DNA of 64,000 nt, from the NCBI GenBank assembly GCA_040219935.1, contig JAVJUA010000056.1, positions 14,611 through 78,610 of the forward strand, read 5' to 3'. Every line of letters begins with the position of its first letter. Position 1 is the stretch's first letter. The DNA comes from Pseudomonadales bacterium (GTDB lineage: Bacteria; Pseudomonadota; Gammaproteobacteria; Pseudomonadales; Azotimanducaceae). The notes beneath the pieces are model-generated. The model was not told the origin of the DNA. It saw nothing but the letters and a program-made list of their open reading frames with translations, and did not search any database. A program made the position numbers and the translations under genes. Positions 1 through 9,942 of the stretch are shown piece by piece.

Positions 1-842
1 CCGACGTTGACCGACATGCCCACGGCAATGAAGAACAGCCCCAGCAGCAGGCCCTTGAACGGCGCCACGTCGGCCTCGAGCTGATGCCGGTACTCCGAAT
101 CGGCGACCACCATGCCGGCCACGAAGGCGCCGAGACCCATGGACAGGCCCGCCTCGCCCATGGCCAGGGCGGCACCGGCCACCAGCGCCAGCGCGGCGGC
201 CGTGAACAGCTCGTGGATGCCGCTCTCGGCGACGAAGCGCAGGATGGGGCGCAGCAGGAACCGGGCCGCGACCGTGCCGGCGACGACGGCGGCGATCAGG
301 CCGGGATTCAAGGGCTCGCCGGCGTCCGTGCCGCCCACGGCCAGCAGGTTGACTACGGCGATGCCGGGAATCACCGCCACGTCCTGAAGCAGCAGCACGC
401 CGAACGCTGCCCGGCCGTGGGGCTGGTTCAGCTTCTTCTGCTCGCCGAGCAGCTGCAGCACGAAGGCCGTGCTCGACAGGGCCAGGGCGAAGCCGAGCAG
501 CAGCGAGCTGCCGCCGCCGAGCCCGGCGAGCATCAGCAGCGCGGCAAGCACGGCGGCGGTGCCCACCACCTGGGAAATGCCGAGCCCGAACACGAGGCGG
601 CGCATCACCCACAGCCGGCGCGGATGCAGCTCGAGGCCGATGACGAACAAGAGCAGCACCACGCCGATCTCGGCGAAGTGCAGCACCTCGCGGGCATTGC
701 CGATGATGCCGAAGCCGGGCTGACCGATCAGCACGCCCGTGCCCAGGTAGCCGAGCACGGGGCTGAGCCCCAGGCGTTTGCACACCGGCACCACCACCAC
801 GGCGGCGCCGAGAAAGATCAGAGCCTCGGCCAGAAACGACAT
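1..842 (-). CDS. CPA2-family K+/H+ antiporter (KefB/KefC-like), 5' part only; the gene continues past the window start
   Basis: Absent from the ORF track because the window edge cuts it. Reverse-strand ATG at 842 gives MSFLAEALIFLGAAVVVVPVCKRLGLSPVLGYLGTGVLIGQPGFGIIGNAREVLHFAEIGVVLLLFVIGLELHPRRLWVMRR..., the conserved KefB/KefC N-terminus. The frame stays open to position 1. The + strand ORF 84..1922 is its Arg/Gly/His-rich shadow. Confidence 0.8.
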   Translation of the reverse strand, partial: MSFLAEALIFLGAAVVVVPVCKRLGLSPVLGYLGTGVLIGQPGFGIIGNAREVLHFAEIGVVLLLFVIGLELHPRRLWVMRRLVFGLGISQVVGTAAVLAALLMLAGLGGGSSLLLGFALALSSTAFVLQLLGEQKKLNQPHGRAAFGVLLLQDVAVIPGIAVVNLLAVGGTDAGEPLNPGLIAAVVAGTVAARFLLRPILRFVAESGIHELFTAAALALVAGAALAMGEAGLSMGLGAFVAGMVVADSEYRHQLEADVAPFKGLLLGLFFIAVGMSVNV

Positions 843-851
843 GGGTGGGGC

Positions 852-1760
852 TCAGCGCTCCGGCAGCGGAATGAACTCGTCGTCACCGGGCACCGGCGCG
901 AATCGGCCTTCCCGCCAGTCCGCCTTGGCCTGCTCGATGCGCTCGCGGCGCGACGACACGAAGTTCCACCAGACGTGGCGCGCGCCGGGCGAGCGGCCGC
1001 CGATCACCATGACCCGGGCCGGGCCTTCGCTGCGCAGCAGCGGCCTGCGCCCTGCGGCCACCACGCCCATGGTGTGCTCGGTCAGCGCGCAGCCGCCCAG
1101 CTCCACCGCGCCGGCGACCACGTAGACGGCGAGCTCGTCGGCGCCGTCGGGCAGGGGCAGGCGGGCGCCCGCCTCGAGCACCAGGTCGACGTAGACGGTA
1201 TCGATGCGGGTGGCGATGGGGCTCTTGGCGCCGTAGGCGGCGCCGAGGATGATCGCGCCCCTGGCGCCGTCCATCTCGATCACGGGCAGCTCGTCGCCGG
1301 GCACGTGCTCGAAGGCGGGTTCCATCTCCTCGTCGGCGTCGGGCAGCGCCATCCAGGTCTGAATGCCATGCAGCCGTTGCCCGGACGCCAGCAGCGCCTC
1401 GGACGTGCGTTCGGAGTGGACGATGCCGCGTCCGGCCGTCATCAGGTTGACGGCGCCCGGGCGGATGGGCTGCACGTAGCCCAGGCTGTCGCGGTGCAGA
1501 ATTTCGCCTTCGAACAGGTAGGTGACCGTCGACAGGCCGATGTGTGGATGCGGCCGCACGTTGATGCCCTGGCCCGCTGGAAAGCGGGCGGGGCCCATCT
1601 CGTCGAAGAAGATGAACGGCCCCACCAGGGTGCGGTCCGGCGCCGGCAGCACGCGGCGCACCGAGAACCCGCCCAGGTCGCGGCTGCGCGGCTTGATGAC
1701 CAGCTCGACGTCGTCGGCACGCTCGGTGCACTGCGGCGCTTCGGCTTGCAGAAAGCTCAT
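852..1760 (-). CDS. Pirin family protein
   Basis: 302-aa ORF with pirin/cupin-type motifs (RPHPHIGLSTVTYLFEG, GRGIVHSERT). It ends 9 nt upstream of the antiporter start on the same strand. Confidence 0.9.
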   Translation of the reverse strand: MSFLQAEAPQCTERADDVELVIKPRSRDLGGFSVRRVLPAPDRTLVGPFIFFDEMGPARFPAGQGINVRPHPHIGLSTVTYLFEGEILHRDSLGYVQPIRPGAVNLMTAGRGIVHSERTSEALLASGQRLHGIQTWMALPDADEEMEPAFEHVPGDELPVIEMDGARGAIILGAAYGAKSPIATRIDTVYVDLVLEAGARLPLPDGADELAVYVVAGAVELGGCALTEHTMGVVAAGRRPLLRSEGPARVMVIGGRSPGARHVWWNFVSSRRERIEQAKADWREGRFAPVPGDDEFIPLPER

Positions 1761-1822
1761 GGGGCAGCTCCTTTGGGCAGCGCTCAGGTTACTCCGTCGT
1801 CAGCCGGGTCACCAGACGAGGG

Positions 1823-3532
1823 TCAGGCGGCGTCGGCCACCTGCAGCCGCTCCTTCAGCTCGCGCTTCAGGAACTTGCCGTTGGCGTTGCGCGGCAGCGG
1901 CTCGCTCACGAACCAGACGTAGCGGGGCACCTTGTGGCCGGAGATCAGCGCCCGCAGGTGGGTGCGCAGGTCGTCGGCGCCGAGCCGCTCGCCGGCCTTG
2001 AGGAACACGGCGGCGCCCACCTCCTCACCGAGCCGGTCGTCGGGCACGCCGAACACGGTGGCCTCCGCCACCGCCGGATGCTGATAGATCGCGGCTTCCA
2101 CCTCGGCGCAGTACACGTTTTCGCCGCCGCGCAGCACCATGTCCTTGGCGCGGTCGACGATGAAGATGAAGCCGTCGTCGTCGATGCGGGCGATGTCGCC
2201 CGTGTGCAGCCAGCCGTCGGTGATGCTCTCGGCGGTGGCGTCGGGGCGGTTCAGATAGCCCTTGATCACCGGCGCGCCGCGCACCCACAGCTCGCCCACC
2301 TGGCCGGCGGGCAGGGCGTTGCCTTCGGCATCCACCACCTTGACCTCGAACGACGGCATGGCCGGCCCGCAGCTCGCGGGCTTGTCGATGAAGAAGTCGG
2401 CCGAGATGGAGGTGATGATGCCGCAGGTCTCGGTCATGCCGTAACCGGTGTTGGGGCGCGCCGTCTTCACACGGCTGTCGATCTTGCCTACCAGGTCGGG
2501 CTGTAGCTGGGCGCCGCCGCCGCCTACCGACAGCAGCGACGAGGTGTCGTACTTGTCGAAGTCGGGGTGGGTGATCAGTTCGCGGGACATCACCGGCACG
2601 CCGGTGAGGGCGGTGATGCGCTCGCGCTCGATGAGCTGCAGAGCTTCGGTGGCATCCCACTTGTACATGCATACCAGCTTGCCGCCGTTCAGGGTGCCGC
2701 CGTGGGAGACGCAGTTGTTGGCGGTGACGTGGAACAGCGGCGTGGTCAGCAGCGCCGCCGTCGGCGGCGGCGTGACGCCCGGCTGGGGCACCGGGATGGT
2801 GCCGTTGCGCTGGCCGATGGTGGTGAGGCAGGTGGCCCAGAAGGCCATGTTCATGATGTTGGCCACGCAGCCGCGGTGGGTGAGCTGGGCCCCCTTGGGA
2901 TTGCCGGTGGTGCCCGAGGTGTAGAAGATGCAGGCGTCGTCGTCCGGGTCGATGTCGGCGTCGGGCAGGTCGCCGCCATGGTCGACCAGCGCCTGCCAGC
3001 TCACCGCGCCCTGGGGCAGCGCTTCGGGAATGCGCACGCCCACCAGCGTCATCGGCGGCATCTCGTCGGCGTGCTCGACGATGCGCTGCAGTCTTTCCTG
3101 GTCGGCGATGGTGACCTTGGGCCTGGAGTCGTTGAGGCCGTAGACCAGCTCCCGGCCCACCCACCAGGCGTTGACGCCCACCACCACCGCGCCGATGGAC
3201 ACCGTGGCCCAGTACGCCAGCAGCCACTCGGGATAGTTGCGCATGGCGATGGCGACGCGATCGCCATGGGCCACCCCGTGGGCGCGCAGCCAGGCCGCGA
3301 CCGAGGCGACCTGCCGGTGCGCTTCGGCGTAGCTGAGGCGCTCGTGCTGATAGACCAGGTAATCACGATCGGCGAACTGCCGGGACGCCAGCCAGACGTC
3401 GCGCAGGCTGTTCGGCGCGTTGGCGTAGGTGCGGATCGGGTGGCCGCGTACGGGCACCTGGACAATCTCGAACTGGGCCCCCGGCGCGGTCAGCTCGTTC
3501 CACACCCCGCGAAGCTGATCGTACATGGTCAT
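1823..3532 (-). CDS. AMP-dependent acyl-CoA synthetase/ligase
   Basis: ORF 1823..3646 carries adenylate-forming motifs YTSGTTGNPKGA, GYGMTET and TGDIARIDDDGFIFIVDRAKD. Start trimmed to ATG 3532 (MTMYDQL), which is preceded by GGGGAGA. Confidence 0.9.
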   Translation of the reverse strand: MTMYDQLRGVWNELTAPGAQFEIVQVPVRGHPIRTYANAPNSLRDVWLASRQFADRDYLVYQHERLSYAEAHRQVASVAAWLRAHGVAHGDRVAIAMRNYPEWLLAYWATVSIGAVVVGVNAWWVGRELVYGLNDSRPKVTIADQERLQRIVEHADEMPPMTLVGVRIPEALPQGAVSWQALVDHGGDLPDADIDPDDDACIFYTSGTTGNPKGAQLTHRGCVANIMNMAFWATCLTTIGQRNGTIPVPQPGVTPPPTAALLTTPLFHVTANNCVSHGGTLNGGKLVCMYKWDATEALQLIERERITALTGVPVMSRELITHPDFDKYDTSSLLSVGGGGAQLQPDLVGKIDSRVKTARPNTGYGMTETCGIITSISADFFIDKPASCGPAMPSFEVKVVDAEGNALPAGQVGELWVRGAPVIKGYLNRPDATAESITDGWLHTGDIARIDDDGFIFIVDRAKDMVLRGGENVYCAEVEAAIYQHPAVAEATVFGVPDDRLGEEVGAAVFLKAGERLGADDLRTHLRALISGHKVPRYVWFVSEPLPRNANGKFLKRELKERLQVADAA

Positions 3533-3663
3533 CGACGTCTCCCCTGCTATGACGTTTGCGATACGATGGCGTCGGATACTAAACCAGACGCGGCGATGGT
3601 ACATTGCCGATAACTGAAACGCGTTACAATCATTGACCTTACCCACCGGAGGGGGAAGACCGC

Positions 3664-4935
3664 ATGGATTTCGACATACCCAAGGACATTCAGACGCTGC
3701 TGGATCGGCTCGACAAGTTCATCGAGGACGTCATCAAGCCGCTCGAGCAGAAGGACGACAACATCCGGTTCTTCGACCACCGGCGGGAAGACGCCCGCAC
3801 CGACTGGGAGCGGGGCGGCCTGCCCAATGAGGAGTGGGAGCAGCTTTTGCACAAGGCCAAGCGCCTGGCCGACGAAGCCGGCTTCTACCGTTACCCCCTC
3901 GCCAAGGAATACGGCGGCATGGAGGGCACCAACCTCGGCATGGCCATCATCCGCGAGCACCTGGCGGTGAAGGGCCTGGGCCTGCACAACGACCTGCAGA
4001 ACGAGCACTCCATCGTCGGCAACAACGTCGGCCTGCTGCTGATGATCAACTACGGCACCGAGGAGCAGAAGAAGGAGTGGATCGACGACCTGGCCGAAGG
4101 CCGGCGCGGCTTCGCCTTCGGCATCACCGAGCCGAACCACGGCTCCGACGCCACGCACATGGAAACGAACGCGGTGCGTGACGGCGACGAGTGGGTGATC
4201 AACGGCGAGAAAACCTGGAACACGGGCATTCACAAGGCCCAGTACGACATGGTGATGGCGCGCACCAGCGGCAAGCCCGGCGACGGTGAAGGCATCACCG
4301 CCTTCCTGGTGCCGATGAAGGCCCAGGGCGTGAAGATCGAAGAGATGCTGTGGACGTTCAACATGCCCACCGACCACGGCCGGGTGTCGTTCACCAACGT
4401 CCGCGTGCCGCACGCCAGCATCTTCGGCGGTGAGGGCCGGGGCCTGCAGGTGGTGCAGCACTTCTTCAACGAGAACCGCATCCGCCAGGCAGCATCGAGC
4501 CTGGGCGCTGCGCAGTTCTGCATCAACGAGTCGGTGAAGTACGCCATGGAGCGCAAGCCGTTCGGCAAGCCGCTGTCCAGCAACCAGGGCATCCAGTTCC
4601 CGCTGGTGGAACTGCAGACCCAGTGCGAGATGCTGCGGGCGCTGATCCACAAGACCGCGTGGCTGATGGACCGCGACGGCGCCTTCTCGGTCTCCGACAA
4701 GGTGTCGATGTGCAACTACTGGGCGAACCGGCTGTGCTGCGAAGCGGCCGACCGCGCCATGCAGGTGCACGGCGGCCTGGGATACTCACGTCACAAGCCT
4801 TTCGAGCACATCTACCGGCACCACCGCCGCTACCGCATCACCGAGGGCGCGGAGGAGATTCAGATGCGCCGTGTGGCCGGCTACATGTTCGGCTTCATGA
4901 AGCAGCGGGCGCCGAAAGGGGTAAAGGAAGGCTGA
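3664..4935 (+). CDS. Acyl-CoA dehydrogenase family protein
   Basis: 423-aa ORF with ACAD signatures (FGITEPNHGSDA, WNTG, C-terminal RITEGAEEIQ). RBS GGAGGGGGAAG lies upstream. Divergent from the acyl-CoA synthetase. Confidence 0.92.
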   Translation: MDFDIPKDIQTLLDRLDKFIEDVIKPLEQKDDNIRFFDHRREDARTDWERGGLPNEEWEQLLHKAKRLADEAGFYRYPLAKEYGGMEGTNLGMAIIREHLAVKGLGLHNDLQNEHSIVGNNVGLLLMINYGTEEQKKEWIDDLAEGRRGFAFGITEPNHGSDATHMETNAVRDGDEWVINGEKTWNTGIHKAQYDMVMARTSGKPGDGEGITAFLVPMKAQGVKIEEMLWTFNMPTDHGRVSFTNVRVPHASIFGGEGRGLQVVQHFFNENRIRQAASSLGAAQFCINESVKYAMERKPFGKPLSSNQGIQFPLVELQTQCEMLRALIHKTAWLMDRDGAFSVSDKVSMCNYWANRLCCEAADRAMQVHGGLGYSRHKPFEHIYRHHRRYRITEGAEEIQMRRVAGYMFGFMKQRAPKGVKEG

Positions 4936-4936
4936 G

Positions 4937-6370
4937 GTGGCGGATCGGGGGGAGTTCGAGCAGAAGCTCGAGTCGGTGCTGCGCCGGGCGATGCCCGGCT
5001 GCACCGGCCTGGTGAGCGCCGAGCGGCTGTCCGGGGGCGCCAGCCAGGAGACCTACCGCATCACCATCGCCGTCGACGGCGGCGAGCGGCTGGTGTGCAT
5101 GCGCCGCGCCCCCGGCGGCGTCAGCTCGGAGGAGACGGCCGTCGACCGGCTCAACCCCGGGCTGGCGGTGGAGGCGCAACTCATGCGCTGCGCCCGCGAC
5201 GTCGGCGTGCCGGAGCCGGAGGTCTATCACGTGCTCGAGCCGGACGACGGCCTTGGCGAAGGCTTCGTCATGGAGTGGCTCGAGGGCGAGGCCCTGGGTG
5301 CCCGCATCGCCCGCTCGCCCGACCTGGCCGCGGTGCGTGACAAGCTCGCCTACGAGTGCGGGCAGGTACTCGCCCGCATCCACGCCATCGATCTGAAGTC
5401 CACTGGGCTCGACGCGCATCTGAAGACGGCGACCCCGGAAGAGTTCGTGCGTCAGACCTGGGAGCGTTACCAGACCCTGGAGACGCCCCAGCCGATGATC
5501 GACTTCACCGCCCGCTGGCTGCTGGAGCACCTGCCGAAATCGCCGCGGCAGACGCTGGTGCACAACGACTTCCGCAACGGCAACTTCATGGTTGACGAGC
5601 ACGGCATTAATGCCGTGCTCGACTGGGAGATCGCCCACATCGGCGACCCCATGCGCGATCTGGGCTGGATCTGCACCAGCTCCTGGCGGTTCGGCGTGGC
5701 CGAGAAGCCGGTGGGCGGATTCGGCGAGTACGAGGATCTGTTCCGCGGCTATGAGTCGGTGAGCGGCGAGCCGGTGGATCCCGATCACGTGAAGTTCTGG
5801 GAGGTGTTCGGCTCGTTCTGGTGGGCCGTGGGCTGCCTGGGCATGGCCGAACACTACCGCACGGGGCCGGACCAGACCGTGGAGCGTCCGGCCATCGGTC
5901 GGCGCACCTCGGAGTGCCAGGTGGACTGCGTGAACCTGCTGATTCCGGGGCCGGTGTCGCTGGTGGCCGAGCGCGACCTGACGGTGAGCGACGACATGCC
6001 CCGCGCCGACGAGCTGCTGGTGTCGGTGCGCGACTTCCTGCGCGACGACGTCATGGCCTCGACCCAGGGCCGCACCAACTTCCTGGCCAGGGTGGCCGGC
6101 AACAGCCTGGACATCGTGCTGCGCGAACTCGAGCGTGGCGAGCCCAATCGGGCCGCAGAGCATGCGCGCCTGAAGCGTCTGCTCGGCGCCGATGGCGATG
6201 TCTCCGAGCTGCGCTGGCGACTCACCCACGCGCTGCGCGACGGTTCCCTGGCGCTCAACACGCCCGGTCTCGCCGAGCATCTGCGGCAGACGGTGGTCAA
6301 TCAGATCGCCATCGATCAGCCGAAGTACCCGGGCCTGCGGATCGCCAGGGCCAACGCCGGCATCGCCTAG
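4937..6370 (+). CDS. Phosphotransferase family protein (APH/choline-kinase-like)
   Basis: 477-aa ORF with a GTG start 1 nt after the ACAD stop. Kinase catalytic-loop motif LVHNDFRNGNFMV followed by VLDWEIAHIGDP. Confidence 0.85.
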   Translation: MADRGEFEQKLESVLRRAMPGCTGLVSAERLSGGASQETYRITIAVDGGERLVCMRRAPGGVSSEETAVDRLNPGLAVEAQLMRCARDVGVPEPEVYHVLEPDDGLGEGFVMEWLEGEALGARIARSPDLAAVRDKLAYECGQVLARIHAIDLKSTGLDAHLKTATPEEFVRQTWERYQTLETPQPMIDFTARWLLEHLPKSPRQTLVHNDFRNGNFMVDEHGINAVLDWEIAHIGDPMRDLGWICTSSWRFGVAEKPVGGFGEYEDLFRGYESVSGEPVDPDHVKFWEVFGSFWWAVGCLGMAEHYRTGPDQTVERPAIGRRTSECQVDCVNLLIPGPVSLVAERDLTVSDDMPRADELLVSVRDFLRDDVMASTQGRTNFLARVAGNSLDIVLRELERGEPNRAAEHARLKRLLGADGDVSELRWRLTHALRDGSLALNTPGLAEHLRQTVVNQIAIDQPKYPGLRIARANAGIA

Positions 6371-6434
6371 GCCTGCGGCCTGTGCCAGCATGGGCATGGC
6401 GGCGCTGCCGTCGCCGAGCCGCGGGGAGAGATTC

Positions 6435-6827
6435 ATGGACATGCTGCAGACCGCCCTGACCCTGATCGGCCGCTGGCTGCTGGGTCTGTACTTCCTGGTG
6501 CCCGGCGTCATGAAGATCGTCGGCTTCGAGGCGACGGCCGACTACATGGCCGCCCACGGCATGGTGCTGATTCCCGTGTTCCTCGTTCTGACGATCATTC
6601 TTCAGGTGGGCGGGGCGCTGTGCCTGTTCGCCGGGTACCGGGTGGCGCCGGTGGCGTTCGTGCTGGCCGGCCTGACCCTGGTGATCAGTCTGGTGATGCA
6701 CGATTTCTGGACCATGGAGGCGGGGCTGCAGCGCCAGCACGAGACCCAGAACTTCATCAAGAACCTGGGGATCATGGCAGGGCTGCTGGTGCTGGCCGGG
6801 GGCGCACCTACCGGGCGGACGGCATGA
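6435..6827 (+). CDS. DoxX family membrane protein
   Basis: Inner part of ORF 6192..6827. ATG 6435 is preceded by GGGGAGAG. The product is 130 aa with four hydrophobic helices (MDMLQTALTLIGRWLLGLYFLVPGVMKIVGF...). Confidence 0.8.
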   Translation: MDMLQTALTLIGRWLLGLYFLVPGVMKIVGFEATADYMAAHGMVLIPVFLVLTIILQVGGALCLFAGYRVAPVAFVLAGLTLVISLVMHDFWTMEAGLQRQHETQNFIKNLGIMAGLLVLAGGAPTGRTA

Positions 6828-8428
6828 CGCTGCGCGACCAGCTCGACGCCAGCCGCCGGCAGTCGTTTGCCGGCATGGACATGCCCTGGCTGCTCGAGCA
6901 GTGGGTCGCCCGCGCCCCGGACAAGCCGTTCATGATCTGGGCCCCCTTCGTCGGCGCCGAGGCGGTCTGGACCTTCCGCGACCTGCAACAGCAGGCGCGC
7001 CGGATCGCCGCCGGCCTGCACGCCCGCGGCGTCGGTGCCGGCGACTTCGTGATCATCCACCTCGACAACTCGCCCGAATTCGTTCTCGCCTGGTTCGCCT
7101 GTGCCGAGCTAGGCGCCGTAGCGGTGTCGACCAACACCCGCTCGGTGGCGCGCGATCTGAGCTACTTCGCCGGGCACACCCGCGCGGTCGCCGCGATTAC
7201 CCAGCCGGCCTTTGCGGCATTGATCGATGAGGCCTGCGCCGACCTGCGCTTCGTCGCCGTCACCGACAACGACGCCGGGGAGCCGGGGGCGGCGCCCACG
7301 GGCGGCCGTTTTCTGGCGTTCGCCGACCTGCAAATTGTTGACGCCGAGCTGCCGGCCCTCGGCCGCGAGCCCATGCGGCCGCTCAGCGTGCAGTTCACCT
7401 CCGGCACCACCTCGCGGCCCAAGGCGGTGCTGTGGACCCATGCCAACGGCCTCTGGGCGGGCAAGGCTTCGGCCAGCCACATGCGCCTGCGCCATGACGA
7501 CGTGACCCTGGTGTTTCTGCCGCTGTTTCATACCAACGCCCAGGGCTACGCCATGCTGGCGACGCTGTGGAGCGGCGGCACCATGGTGCTGCAGCCCAAG
7601 TTCTCGGCGTCGCGGTTCTGGCCGGTGTCGCTTGCCCACCGCGTGACCTGGTGCTCCACCATCCCGTTCGCGTTCAAGGCGCTGATGGGTCAGCCGGTGC
7701 CCGATCACCACTACCGGTTCTGGGGCACGGCCGCCCACCTGCCAAAGGTGAGTGCCCATTTCCGGGTGCCCACCATCGGCTGGTGGGGCATGACCGAGAC
7801 CCTGACCCAGGGCATCGTCAGCGACGTCGATCACCCCGGCCCGCACGCCAGCCTGGGCCGGGCTGCGCCCGAGTACGACATTCAGCTCCGCCGGGCCGAC
7901 GGCACCCTGGCGGGGCCGGGAGAGAAGGGTCACCTTTACATCCGCGGGGTGCGGGGCGTATCGCTGTTCCAGGAGTACTACGGCAACCCCGAGGCCAATG
8001 ACAAGGCGTTCGACGCCGACGGCTGGTTCGACACCGGCGACGTGGTGCGCATGGACGAGGACGGCTGGCTGTTCTTCAGCGATCGCGACAAGGACATGCT
8101 GAAGGTGGGCGCCGAGAACGTCGCCGCCTCGGAGATCGAGAGCGTCATTCTGCAGACCGGGCTGGTGCAGGAGTGCGCCGTGGTGGCGCAGAAGCACTAC
8201 ATGCTGGACGAGGTGCCGGTGGCGTTCGTGATTCCCTCGCCCGACGCGCCGGGGTCGATCAGGGACGACATCGTCGCCCACTGTCGCCGCAACCTGGCGG
8301 ATTTCAAGGTGGTGCGCGAGGTGCACGTGGTGGACGAGCTGCCGCGCTCGACGCTGGAGAAGGTGGCCAAGCAGGTTCTGCGCGACCGGCTGGCACCGAT
8401 CACGGGTGACGGCGCCGGGCGCGGGTAA
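6824..8428 (+). CDS. ATP-dependent acyl-CoA ligase (CaiC-like adenylate-forming enzyme)
   Basis: Inner part of ORF 6620..8428. ATG 6824 overlaps the DoxX stop (ATGA). Motifs FTSGTTSRPKAV, WGMTET and TGDVVRMDEDGWLFFSDRDKD. Confidence 0.88.
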   Translation: MTLRDQLDASRRQSFAGMDMPWLLEQWVARAPDKPFMIWAPFVGAEAVWTFRDLQQQARRIAAGLHARGVGAGDFVIIHLDNSPEFVLAWFACAELGAVAVSTNTRSVARDLSYFAGHTRAVAAITQPAFAALIDEACADLRFVAVTDNDAGEPGAAPTGGRFLAFADLQIVDAELPALGREPMRPLSVQFTSGTTSRPKAVLWTHANGLWAGKASASHMRLRHDDVTLVFLPLFHTNAQGYAMLATLWSGGTMVLQPKFSASRFWPVSLAHRVTWCSTIPFAFKALMGQPVPDHHYRFWGTAAHLPKVSAHFRVPTIGWWGMTETLTQGIVSDVDHPGPHASLGRAAPEYDIQLRRADGTLAGPGEKGHLYIRGVRGVSLFQEYYGNPEANDKAFDADGWFDTGDVVRMDEDGWLFFSDRDKDMLKVGAENVAASEIESVILQTGLVQECAVVAQKHYMLDEVPVAFVIPSPDAPGSIRDDIVAHCRRNLADFKVVREVHVVDELPRSTLEKVAKQVLRDRLAPITGDGAGRG

Positions 8429-8443
8429 CGACGGGAGGCAGGC

Positions 8444-9100
8444 ATGAACCGAGACATCTACGAGCTGATGGCGACGCAGCGGGCGATCCGACGGCTGCGG
8501 CCGGACCCGATTGCCGACGATGTGCTGCGGCGCATCCTGCAGGCGGCGGCCTGGGCGCCCAGCGGCGGCAACGCCCAGCCCTGGCGCATGGTGCTGGTGC
8601 ACGACGCGGATAAGAAGACGGCGCTCGGGGCCATGTACGCCAGGCGCTGGGCCCGGTTCGCCGATCTGTACCGGCAGCGCTTCGCCGACGCCGATGAGAC
8701 CGTACGCCGCAAGGAGGGTCGGACCATCGCCGCCGGCGACCATCTGGCCGAGCACTTCGGCGATTGCCCCGTGGTCGCCGTGGTCTGCTTCAATCCCGAG
8801 CAGATGGCCATCACCGATGCCCGCCAGGATCGGGTGTCCGTGGTGGGCGGCGGCTCGGTCTATCCGGCGGTGCAGAACCTGCTGCTGGCCTGCCGGGCCG
8901 AGGGTGTGGGCTGCGTGCTGACCACGCTGCTGTGCCAGGACGAGGCGGCGGTCAAAGCGCTGCTCGGCATCCCGGCCGGCTGGTACACGGCGGCCGCCGT
9001 GCCCATGGGCTACCCGGTGGGCGGTGGCTACGGCCCGACCACCCGGCGCGACCTCGACGCCCTGTTCTACCGCGACGCCTGGAAGGCGCCGCTCCGCTGA
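8444..9100 (+). CDS. Nitroreductase family protein
   Basis: 218-aa ORF with a typical nitroreductase N-terminus (RAIRRLRPDPIADDVLRRILQAAAWAPSGGNAQPWR). Confidence 0.85.
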   Translation: MNRDIYELMATQRAIRRLRPDPIADDVLRRILQAAAWAPSGGNAQPWRMVLVHDADKKTALGAMYARRWARFADLYRQRFADADETVRRKEGRTIAAGDHLAEHFGDCPVVAVVCFNPEQMAITDARQDRVSVVGGGSVYPAVQNLLLACRAEGVGCVLTTLLCQDEAAVKALLGIPAGWYTAAAVPMGYPVGGGYGPTTRRDLDALFYRDAWKAPLR

Positions 9101-9120
9101 CCCCAGGGAGCCTGCAGATC

Positions 9121-9912
9121 ATGAACGTCGACGACTATCAGCGCATCCGCATCAGCCGCCGCGGCCGGGTGCTGGTGCTGACCCTGGACAATGGCCGGGT
9201 CAACGCGGTGGATGCGCAGATGCACCGCGAGCTGGCCCGCGTGTTCCTCGATGCCCAGGACGACGAGGACAGCGACCTGGTGATCCTCACCGGCCAGGGC
9301 CGCGCCTTCTGCGCTGGCGGCGACACCGAGTGGTTCCGCCAGCAGATCGACGACCCGCGCTCGTTCCGCGCCATCGCGCCGGAAGCCAAGCGCATCGTCA
9401 CCTCTCTGCTCGAGCTCGAGAAGCCCCTGATCTGCCGGCTGAACGGCGCCGCCGCCGGGCTTGGCGCCACCATCGCGCTGATGAGCGACATCATCGTCGC
9501 CGCCGACTCCGCTGTGATAGGCGACCCGCACATCAAGGTGGGGCTGGTGGCCGGCGACGGCGGCGCCATCATCTGGCCGCAGCTGATCGGCTTCGCCCGT
9601 GCCAAGGAGCTGCTGCTCACCGGCGACCTGCTGCCGGCAGCCGATGCGGCGCGGATGGGACTCATCAACTACGCCGTGCCCGCGGACGAGCTCGATGCCA
9701 AGGTGGACGAGCTGGCGGGCAAGATCCTCGGCAACCCGCGCTGGGCCGTGCGCTGGACCAAGACCGTGGTCAACATTCCCTTGAAGGAGCTGGCCGCGCG
9801 GCTGTCCGACCCGGCCATGGCCTACGAGATCCTGAGCAACCTGACCGAGGATCGGCGCGAGGCGGTGGAAGCCTTCATCGCCAGGCGCCCGCCCAGCTAC
9901 GGTGGCGAGTAG
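9121..9912 (+). CDS. Enoyl-CoA hydratase/isomerase (crotonase) family protein
   Basis: ATG 9121 within ORF 8764..9912. Crotonase motifs VLTGQGRAFCAGGD and GAAAGLGATIALMSD. Confidence 0.9.
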   Translation: MNVDDYQRIRISRRGRVLVLTLDNGRVNAVDAQMHRELARVFLDAQDDEDSDLVILTGQGRAFCAGGDTEWFRQQIDDPRSFRAIAPEAKRIVTSLLELEKPLICRLNGAAAGLGATIALMSDIIVAADSAVIGDPHIKVGLVAGDGGAIIWPQLIGFARAKELLLTGDLLPAADAARMGLINYAVPADELDAKVDELAGKILGNPRWAVRWTKTVVNIPLKELAARLSDPAMAYEILSNLTEDRREAVEAFIARRPPSYGGE

Positions 9913-9942
9913 GCCGGGCCGTCTTCGGCACGGCCGGCCGCT

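Noticed and set aside
84-1922. 612-aa + strand ORF
   Set aside because: It is a shadow of the KefB-like and pirin genes on the minus strand, with low-complexity H/R/G/A-rich translation.
3604-3630. Sigma-70 promoter TTGCCG-N15-TACAAT for the ACAD operon
   Set aside because: The 15-nt spacer is sub-optimal and there is no supporting evidence, so I left it uncalled.
4895-6511. 538-aa minus-strand ORF
   Set aside because: It is antisense to the well-supported phosphotransferase gene and has no motifs. The same reasoning applies to 3547..4770, 7109..8755, 11383..12363, 13581..14861, 14789..15973 and 15880..17646.
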